A model generated the notes under the pieces. It had not been told where the DNA came from. It did not search any database and saw only the letters and a program-made list of their open reading frames with translations. From NCBI GenBank assembly GCA_002269645.1, contig NIVC01002106.1, positions 1 through 64,000 on the forward strand: a stretch of DNA of 64,000 bases. The letters are read 5' to 3'. Position 1 is the first letter of the stretch, and every line of letters starts with the position of its first letter. A program made the position numbers and the translations under genes. The DNA comes from Macrostomum lignano. Taxonomy: Eukaryota. Below are positions 54,671-64,000 of the stretch, in pieces.

Positions 54671-57600
54671 CACTAGCAAGCGACTCACCCGCTTCTCCTG
54701 AACCTCTCCAGAGCGGGCCTCGACGGACTCCTTGGCGGCGGCGATTTGCTCTTCGAGGCTGGCGGCCTCCTTGCGCAGCTCCTCGATCTCCAGCTGCAGG
54801 GTGTCGTGCTGCGGCTGCCAGTTTTCCACATCGGCTCGACGCGCCTCCCGTTCGTGTTGGGCCTTGGCTATGCGAGCCTGGAGGGGGGCGATTGGGGTTC
54901 AAATTGAACCACTTTGAATTCAAGTCCCGATGCAAATAATGGGAGTAGAGCCCACGTAGAGCTTGATTGGTAGATTAACGATCCATTGTATTCCTTCATC
55001 ATTGATGTAGGCTAGATTAGCAATCCATTCTATTCCATCATCATTAATGTAGGCTAGATTAGCGATCCATTCGATTCCTTCATCATTGATGTAGGCTAGA
55101 TTAGCAATCAATTCTATTCCATCACTGATGTGGGCTAGATTAGTAGCCCATTCTCTTTCATCATCATCTTTGAGATTCCTTTTTTCATCTCCTATTGGCT
55201 AGACTAGCATTCTCACCTGCGCCGCCTTCATCTCTCGCTCCTGCACAGCGGCGGCATCCTTGACCTGCTCGGACAGACTGGCCTCCCGTTCGCGCAGCCG
55301 CTTCAACGCTGCATTGGCCTCGGCTGCTGCAGTCTGCTCGCTGTCCAGCTCAGCCTGCAGCTCCTCCAGGTGCTTGGCCAGCTGCTGGTGATCCGTGTTG
55401 CCAATCCGCTGCTCCAGCAGAGCCAGCTCGTGCCGCTTCTGGTCCAAGTCCTGGCGCAGCTGCTGGTAGCGGCCGGCCGAGGCCTCCGCCTGCCTGACCG
55501 ATTCGGCCACTTCGGCAAGCTGTCGCCGCGTCGCCTCGGCGCGCTCCCGCAGCTGGCGCAGCTTGGCGGCTTTCAGCAGCGTCGGCTCGCGGCTGCCGCG
55601 AAAACCACCGGAGAGAGTGCCCTCGGGGCTGTACACCTCGCCCTCCAGGGTCACCGCCCGGCGGCGGATGTCCCGATGGAAGGCCACCTGCGGGTGAGGA
55701 TGGCCATGATCCCTTGAGGCTTTAGATCATTTAGATGGCGCAGTATGAGGATCCGGGAGGGTCATAGAGATGCCCTGTATGAGAGTCTCATAGAGATGAC
55801 CCTAATGACGATCTGGGAGGTCAAAGAGATGACCCTAATGACGATCTGGAAGGTCAAAGAGATGACCCTAATGACGATCTGGGAGGTCATAGAGATGACC
55901 CTAATGACGATCTGGAAGGTCATAGAGATGACCCTAATGACGATCTGGGAGGTCATAGAGGTGACCTAAATGACGATCTGGGAGGTCATAGAGGTGACCC
56001 TAATGACGATCTGGGAGGTCATAGAGATGACCCTAATGACGATCTGGAAGGTCATAGAGATGACCCTAATGACGATCTGGAAGGTCATAGAGATGACCCT
56101 AATGACGATCTGGGAGGTCAAAGAGATGACCCTAATGACGATCTGGAAGGTCAAAGAGATGACCCTAATGACGATCTGGGAGGTCAAAGAGGTGACCCTA
56201 ATGACGATCTGGGTCATAGAGGTGATCTAAATGACGATCTGGGAGGTCATAGAGGTGACCTAAATGACGATCTGGGAGGTCATAGAGGTGACCTAAATGA
56301 CGATCTGGGAGGTCATAGAGGTGACCCTAATGACGATCTGGGAGGTCATAGAGATGACCCTAATGACGATCTGGAAGGTCATAGAGATGACCCTAATGAC
56401 GATCTGGGAGGTCATAGAGATGACCCTAATGACGATCTGGAAGGTCATAGAGATGACCCTAATGACGATCTGGGAGGTCAAAGAGATGACCCTAATGACG
56501 ATCTGGGAGGTCATAGAGGTGACCTAAATGACGATCTGGGAGGTCATAGAGATGACCTAAATGACGATCTGGGTCATAGAGGTGATCTAAATGACGATCT
56601 GGGAGGTCATAGAGGTGACCTAAATGACGATCTGGGAGGTCATAGAGGTGACCTAAATGACGATCTGGGAGGTCATAGAGGTGACCTAAATGACGATCTG
56701 GGAGGTCATAGAGGTGACCCTAATGACGATCTGGGAGGTCATAGAGATGACCCTAATGACGATCTGGAAGGTCATAGAGATGACCCTAATGACGATCTGG
56801 GAGGTCATAGAGATGACCCTAATGACGATCTGGGAGGTCATAGAGATGACCCTAATGACGATCTGGGAGGTCATAGAGATGACCCTAATGACGATCTGGG
56901 AGGTCATAGAGATGACCCTAATGACGATCTGGGAGGTCATAGAGATGACCCTAATGACGATCTGGGAGGTCATAGAGGTGACCTAAATGACGATCTGGGA
57001 GGATCAGAGATAACCTCAACAGTATGAGAAAAGACCATAGACATAAACCCAGGAAACGCACCTTCCTGCCGGCCTCATCATCCTGCACCACAAAGCTGGC
57101 GCCGAAAACAAACTGAGCGGCGGCCTCAACGGATTTGTCCCGCCTAACCAGATCCAGGGCCGGATAAGCTCGGCCTTGTCCGGCCACCTGGACAGCCAAA
57201 TCGGCCTGGTGTTTAGGCAGGCACCTGGCCGAGATCTTATTCAACGGTATAAACGTTGTCTTCTGCCTGAGCTGGCCCCGCTGCAGCAGCAGCTTGGCCG
57301 TGGCCTCGGTGTCGACCACAACGTTGAACAGCTTGGCGCCGGCGGTGACCTCAAGGGCCACGGCGAATTTCTCGTCAACAGCTTCGAGCAGCTGGCATAC
57401 GGGTCCGAGCACGCGGCGGCGATCGAACCGCGGCTCCGGGTCCGTGTAGTCGAATCCCAGCCGGGGATTAGCGGATTGGAATTCCTCCAGCTGGCGGCCC
57501 GTCTCGAGCAGCTCGCGTTGCAGGGCCGACTGGCGCTCGAGCAGTTGCTGCTCGGCGGCCTCGTCGAAGCCGGTCTCGGCCAGCTGCTTCTGCGGGTGGG

Positions 57601-60600
57601 GGGGGGGAGGGCGAGTCACCGCGGTGACGGCTTGCAGCCTGCCTGACTGTCACTCTTCTATCGAATATCTGCCACTCTTCTATCGAATATCTGCCACTCT
57701 TCTATCGAATATCTGCCACTCTTCTATCGAATATCTGCCACTCTTCTATGCACTGCCTGTCACTCTTCTATCGAATATCCGTCACTCTTATATTAACTGC
57801 CTGTCACTCTACTATGTACTGCCTGTCACTCTTCTATTAACTGCCCGTCAGTCTACTATGTACTGCCTGTCACTCTTCTATTAACTGCCTGTCAGTCTAC
57901 TATGTACTGCCTGTCACTCTACTATTAACTGCCCGTCAGTCTACTATGTACTGCCTGTCACTCTTCTATTAACTGCCGTCAGTCTACTATGTACTGCCTG
58001 TCACTCTACTATTAACTGCCCGTCAGTCTACTATGTACTGCCTGTCATTCTACTATGTACTGCCTGTCACTCTTCTATTAACTGCCTGTCAGTCTACTAT
58101 GTACTGCCTGTCACTCTTCTATTAACTGCCGTCAGTCTACTACGTACTGCCTGTCACTCTTCTATTAACTGCCTGTCAGTCTACTATGTACTGCCTGTCA
58201 TTCTACTATGTACTGCCTGTCACTCTTCTATTAACTGCCTGTCAGTCTACTATGTACTGCCTGTCACTCTTCTATTAACTGCCGTCAGTCTACTATGTAC
58301 TGCCTGTCACTCTTCTATTAACTGCCGTCAGTCTACTATGTACTGCCTGTCACTCTTCTATTAACTGCCGTCAGTCTACTATGTACTGCCTGTCACTCTA
58401 CTATTAACTGCCCGTCAGTCTACTATGTACTGCCTGTCACTCTACTATGTACTGCCTGTCACTCTTCTATTAACTGCCGTCAGTCTACTATGTACTGCCT
58501 GTCACTCTTCTATTAACTGCCGTCAGTCTACTATGTACTGCCTGTCACTCTACTATTAACTGCCCGTCAGTCTACTATGTACTGCCTGTCACTCTTCTAT
58601 TAACTGCCGTCAGTCTACTATGTACTGCCTGTCACTCTTCTATTAACTGCCGTCAGTCTACTATGTACTGCCTGTCACTCTACTATTAACTGCCCGTCAG
58701 TCTACTATGTACTGCCTGTCACTCTACTATGTACTGCCTGTCACTCTTTTATGCACTGCCTGTCAATCTATAAATTTTGTCACTCTTCTATTGACTGCCT
58801 GTCACTCTTTTACTGATTGCCTGTCAACTATTTTATGATTTACATCATATGATTCATGATTTTAAGATTTTACTGATTGCCTGTCAGACAGCTGTCTGTC
58901 ACTCTTCTGCCGAATGTTTGTCACTCTTTTATCGAATATCTGTCACTCTTCTATGCGCTACCTGTCACTCTTCTATCGAATATCCGTCACTCTTATATTA
59001 ACTGCCTGTCACTCTACCATGTACTGCCTGTCACTCTTTTATGCACTGCCTGTCAATCTATAAATTTTGTCACTCTTCTATTGACTGCCTGTCACTCTTT
59101 TACTGATTGCCTGTTAACTATTTTATGCACAGCTGTCTGTCACTCTTCTGCCGAATGTTTGTCACTCTTTTATCGAATATCTGTCACTCTTCTATCAATT
59201 TTTTGCCACACTTTTATTGGCTGTCTGTAACTTTTCTATTGACTGTCTGTCACTCGCCTGTTGATTTTCTGTTGCTCTGTTATTGCATCGACGGTATATA
59301 TCACTACTAATAACTGTCCATCCCCCTTTTTGAATATCTGTCACTCTCGCACTGAAAGGCTGCCACTCGTTAAGGATTCAAATTGGAGATTTTAGCCTAG
59401 TGATTAGAGCGTCGGACTCACGACTCAGAATCGGAACAGTTTGTGTCCGTTAGCAAGACACTCAACTCTGCATTGCTTCAGTTCACCCAGCTGTAAAATG
59501 GGTGCCAGCAATAGCTGGGGTAATTGAGGCTGTGTGGAGACCCCCCCCCAGTCCTCGGACTAAAAGTTCAACCGACTCTCAATTATATCCGTTGATATTT
59601 CACTTGATGTACTTTTACCCACACGTCTTCACGCTTCATCTCTGCACATCTTATCACCACATTTCTGCATCAGCAAACAAACCCGAAGTAATCCCGGCTC
59701 TTAGACGGAGGCGAATGCAGAGATTAAAAACAATAAACTAGAATAATATTTTTGAGCACTTCTAGCAAAAATACGACCGAATCCTGTTTGTTTTGCCTCA
59801 CTTGTTGTTGAGGCTGAAGAGGAACTGCGACTAAATAAGGTCTGAAAAAGATGCAGCTTCTAGCCAACTCACGCGAGCAAGATCCGGTCAAGGGCGTCAG
59901 TGCCCTCTGTCACCCATTGGACAGAAGCATGAACCGAAACACCCCTCTCCTCCTCCACGGGGAAAATAAACAGGGCATCAAGGCTTGCACTAACTAAGAT
60001 CGAAGCTTACTAGAATCAGCCACTGTACTTTATTCTACTAAACGAAGTGAAGCAAGTAGCAAGTGAAGCGAATGCATACAGGGCTCATGCTTGCTACCAA
60101 CACGCGGGCCGCTTACCTCAAGGTGAGCCACGCTACGCTTATAATTATCCAGCTGCTTCTGCTCCGTGCTGGCAGAGCTCTGCATTCGGCCTAGCTGAGA
60201 TCTTTTCTCTTTGATCTCCGATTGCAGATGGCGCGACTTCAATTCGCTGCGCTTGATTCGGCTCTCCGCCTCGCTAATCTCGTTGCGAGTGGCTGAAAGG
60301 AAATTCAATTCACCGTGTCGTGGCTTTGCAATCTTTGGCTTTCGCTTATCAGTGCACCCCTCTACCCTTGTCAGTGCACCCATCTACCCTTGTCAGTGCA
60401 CCCATCTACCCTTGTCAGTGCACCCCTCTACCCCTTCTCAGTGCACCCCTCTACCCTTGTCAGTGCACCCCTCTACCCCTTATCAGTGCACCCCTCTACC
60501 CCTTGTCAGTGCACCCCTCTACCCTTGTCAGTGCACCCATCTACCCTTGTCAGTGCACCCCTCTACCCCTTGTCAGTGCACCCCTCTACCCCTTGTCAGT

Positions 60601-61916
60601 GCACCCCTCTACCCTTGTCAGTGCAACCCTCTACCCTTGTCAGTGCAACCCACTACCCTTGTCAGTGCAACCCACTACCCTTGTCAGTCCACCCCTCTAC
60701 CCTTGTCAGTGCACCCCTCTACCCCTTATTAGTGTACCCCTCTACCCTTGTCAGTGCACCCCTCTACCCTTGTCAGTGCACCCCTCTACCCTTGTCAGTG
60801 CAACCCTCTACCCTTGTCAGTGCAACCCACTACCCTTGTCAGTGCAACCCACTACCCTTGTCAGTCCACCCCTCTACCCTTGTCAGTGCACCCCTCTACC
60901 CCTTATTAGTGTACCCCTCTACCCTTGTCAGTGCACCCCTCTACCCTTGTCAGTGCACCCCTCTACCCTTGTCAGTGCACCCCTCTACCCTTGTCAGTCC
61001 ACCCCTTTACCCTTGTCAGTGCACCCCTCTACCCCTTATTAGTGTACCCCTCTACCCTTGTCAGTGCACCCCTCTACCCTTGTCAGTGTACCCCTCTACC
61101 CTTGTCAGTGCATCCCTCTACCCCTTATTAGTGTACCCCTCTACCCTTGTCAGTGCACCCCTCTACCCTTGTCAGTGCACCCCTCTACCCTTGTCAGTGC
61201 ACCTCTCTACCCTTGTCAGTGCACCCCTCTACCCTTGTCAGTGCACCCCTCGACCCTTGTCAGTGCACCCCTCTACCCTTGTCAGTGCCCCCCTCTACCT
61301 TTGTCAGTGCACCCCTCTACCCTTGTCAGTGCCCCCCTCTACCTTTGTCAGTGCACCCCTCTACCCTTGTCAGTGCACCCTCTACCCCTTATTGTCAGTG
61401 CACCCCTCTACCTTTGTCAGTGCACCCCTCTACCCCTCATCAGTGCACCCAACTACCTATCTAAACAGACCGCACTAGCTGGCAAGCGCACTCACTGCAC
61501 AGCTGCATCTCAAGCGAGGCGGCTTCACCGCCCTCCTCATTAGCGGCCAGGCCGGAGCTGACAGCCTGCAGGTGCTTCTCAGCCGCAGCCATCTCGGCCT
61601 CGGCCGCGGCCATTCGCTGCTCCAATTCTTGGAAACTGTCGCGAACCCGTTCGAAGTCTTTCTCCTTGCCGGCAAGGGCTTTCTGTCTGGCCAGCAAAGC
61701 TTTGTCCAGTTCGCGCATTCGTTTCTCTTCGGCTTTCACGGCGTCAGCGGCGGCCACCAGAGCCGACTGGGCCAGGGCCTCCTCCTGCAGGGCGGCCTTG
61801 TGCAGCTCCTCGCGCTCTTCCAGGCCTCGGCCGCTCTGCTCGTCGCGCTCCCGGCAAAGACGGTCGGCTTCCTCTGACAGGGCCGACAGCTGCTTCTGGG
61901 CCTGCTGCTGCTCCTC
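51883..61916 (-). CDS. SMC2: Structural maintenance of chromosomes protein 2 (condensin), partial; N-terminus lies beyond the window
   Basis: Exons 61916-61496, 60292-60117, 57589-57062, 55687-55217, 54877-54689, 54446-54147, 53478-53245 and 52302-51883 (8 exons) are all GT-AG and phase-consistent. Hinge ([12 protein letters not shown]-type, [24 protein letters not shown]) and C-terminal head [22 protein letters not shown]...[18 protein letters not shown] are diagnostic of SMC2. Confidence 0.96.
52335..53210. repeat. 30-bp minisatellite (GATGGGGATAAAATGGGAAGCTGGGGCGGG) in an SMC2 intron
   Basis: Direct. Confidence 0.93.
53515..53825. repeat. 28-bp minisatellite (GAATCTGCCATCTGACCCTGAAGTAGCC) in an SMC2 intron
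   Basis: Direct. Confidence 0.94.
53900..54082. repeat. 24-bp minisatellite (AAGATTGGGAAGAATCTGGGATTA) in an SMC2 intron
   Basis: Direct. Confidence 0.92.
54576..54670. repeat. (GACA)n in an SMC2 intron
   Basis: Direct. Confidence 0.95.
54985..55165 (-). repeat. Satellite-family array in an SMC2 intron
   Basis: Reverse complement of the 39/42-bp unit. Confidence 0.9.
55760..57002. repeat. 33-bp minisatellite (ATGACGATCTGGGAGGTCATAGAGATGACCCTA) in an SMC2 intron
   Basis: Direct. Confidence 0.96.
57645..59250. repeat. Composite minisatellite of about 21/43 bp (CTGCCTGTCACTCTTCTATTAA / CTGCCGTCAGTCTACTATGTA) in an SMC2 intron
   Basis: Direct. Confidence 0.92.
59391..59560 (+). mobile_element. 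SINE family A copy with B box deleted and a CORE/Meta-like central domain
   Basis: AGCCTAGTGATTAGAGCGTCGGACTCACGACT head, then GTGTCCGTTAGCAAGACACTCAACTC...CACCCAGCTGTAAAATGGGTGCC. Confidence 0.7.
60345..61450. repeat. 22-bp minisatellite (CAGTGCACCCCTCTACCCTTGT) in an SMC2 intron
   Basis: Direct. Confidence 0.95.
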
Positions 61917-61954
61917 CTGCGGGTGGCGCCGGCGAAATGGGAGCTCGGAATACC

Positions 61955-64000
61955 ATCAGATTGTTCCCTACTACCTTTACCTTTTCCCCCCTCTACCTTC
62001 AGTGTCCCCCCACCACCTTCAGATTGCCCCCCCCCACTATCTTCAGATTGCCCCCACCACCTTTAGATTGCCCCCCACTATCTTCAGATTGTCCCCCCCA
62101 CTATCTTCAGATTGTCCCCCCCACTACCTTCAGATTGTCCCCCCACTACCTTCAGATTGTCCCCCCACTATCTTCAGATTGTCCCCCCTCACCACCTTCA
62201 GATTGTCCCCCCACTATCTTCAGATTGTCCCCCCTCACCACCTTCAGATTGTCCCCCCACTATCTTCAGATTGCCCCCCCCTCACCACCTTCAGATTGTC
62301 CCCACCACCTTCAGATTGTCCCCCCCCCACTATCTTCAGATTGTCCCCCTCACCACCTTCAGATTGCCCCCCCTCACCACCTTCAGATTGACCCCCCACT
62401 ATCTTCAGATTGTCCCCCACCACCTTTAGATTGTCCCCCACCACCTTCAGATTGTCCCCACCACCTTCAGAGTGTCCCCCTACCACCTTCAGATTGTCCC
62501 CACCACCTTCAGATTGTCCCCCCCCACTATCTTCAGATTGTCCCCCACCACCTTCAGAGTGTCCCCCTCACCACCTTCAGATTGTCCCCCCTCCACTATC
62601 TTCAGATTGTCCCCCCACCACCTTCAGATTGTCCCCCTCAACACCTTCAGATTGTCCCCCCACCACCTTCAGATTGTCCCCCTCACCACCTTCAGAGTGT
62701 CCCCCTCACCACCTTCAGATTGTCCCCCCACTATCTTCAGATTGTCCCCCTCACCACCTTCAGATTGTCCCCCACCACCTTCAGAGTGTCCCCCTACCAC
62801 CTTCAGATTGTCCCCACCACCTTCAGATTGTCCCCCCACTATCTTCAGATTGTCCCCCCACCACCTTCAGAGTGTCCCCCTCACCACCTTCAGATTGTCC
62901 CCCCCCCACTATCTTCAGATTGTCCCCCACCACCTTCAGATTGTCCCCCTCACCACCTTCAGATTGTCCCCCACCACCTTCAGATTGTCCCCCTCACCAC
63001 CTTCAGATTGTCCCCCTCACCACCTTCAGAGTGTCCCCCTACCACCTTCAGATTGTCCCCACCACCTTCAGATTGCCCCCTCACCACCTTCAGATTGCCC
63101 CCACTCACCACCTTCAGATTGCCCCCCACCACCTTCAGATTGTCCCCCACCACCTTTAGATTGTCCCCCACCACCTTCAGATTGTCCCCACCACCTTCAG
63201 ATTGTCCCCACCACCTTCAGATTGTCCCCCACCACCTTCAGATTGCCCTTCTCACCACCTTCAGATTGTCCCCCACTATCTTCAGATCGTCCCCCCACTA
63301 TCTTCAGATTGACCCCCCACTATCTTCAGATTGTCCCCCACCACCTTCAGATTGCCCCCCCACCACCTTCAGATTGTCCCCCCACCACCTTTAGATTGTC
63401 CCCCACCACCTTCAGATTGTCCCCCCACTATCTTCAGATTGTCCCCCCCCCACTACCTTCAGATTGTCCCCCACTACCTTCAGATTGTCCCCCCACTATC
63501 TTCAGATTGTCCCCCCACTATCTTCAGATTGTCCCCCCTCACCACCTTCAGATTTCCCCCACTATCTTCAGATTGCCCCCCTCACCACCTTCAGATTGCC
63601 CCCCCTCACCACCTTCAGATTGCCCTTCCACCACCTTCAGATTGTCCCCCACCACCTTTAGATTGTCCCCCCACCACCTTCAGATTGTCCCCCTCACCAC
63701 CTTCAGATTGTCCCCCCACCACCTTCAGATTGTCCCCCTCACCACCTTCAGAGTGTCCCCCTACCACCTTCAGATTGTCCCCACCACCTTCAGATTGCCC
63801 CCCCTCACCACCTTCAGATTGTCCCCCACCACCTTCAGAGTGTCCCCCTACCACCTTCAGATTGTCCCCACCACCTTCAGATTGTCCCCCCCCCACTATC
63901 TTCAGATTGTCCCCCCCACCACCTTCAGATTGCCCTTCTCACCACCTTCAGATTGACCCCCCACTATCTTCAGATTGTCCCCCACCACCTTCAGATTGCC
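61955..64000. repeat. 21-23-bp minisatellite (CACCACCTTCAGATTGTCCCC) in an SMC2 intron, runs off the window
   Basis: Direct. Confidence 0.95.

Noticed and set aside
59700-60000. Possible intronic snoRNA in SMC2
   Set aside because: No convincing C/D or H/ACA box arrangement seen.

Overview
Eukaryotic (animal) genomic window, most likely the flatworm Macrostomum lignano or a close relative. That assignment is inferred from GC-rich exons, introns packed with minisatellites, and a dispersed 39/42-bp GAAGGAATAGAATGGATTGCTAATCTAGCCTACATC satellite. I assembled spliced gene models by hand from GT-AG sites and phase matching. In order: TRNAU1AP/SECp43 (-, two single-base frameshifts, near-intact mariner in intron 1); an E4BP4/NFIL3/vrille-like bZIP gene (-); a two-exon unknown gene, possibly PH/PTB-like (-); a short LINE-derived ORF with a PIP-like motif and CCHC knuckle (-); a FoxC/FoxL1-class forkhead gene (+); TTC39 (+, 8 exons, 684 aa); an unknown 454-aa probably secreted protein (-); a GH13 alpha-glucosidase with a candidate N-terminal extension that would make it a type II membrane protein (-); an intronless somatostatin/allatostatin-C-like GPCR (+); and the 3' part of SMC2 (-, 9 exons). 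Nested hAT MITEs, two tRNA-derived SINE families and over 25 tandem arrays are also present. Most long ORFs in the supplied track are translations of repeats, not genes. There are no CRISPR arrays, rRNA genes or true tRNA genes. I see no clear new multi-gene system. The best leads are the unknown secreted protein, the membrane-anchored maltase isoform, the PIP+knuckle mini-ORF, candidate bZIP autoregulatory sites and the near-universal intron-specific minisatellites.
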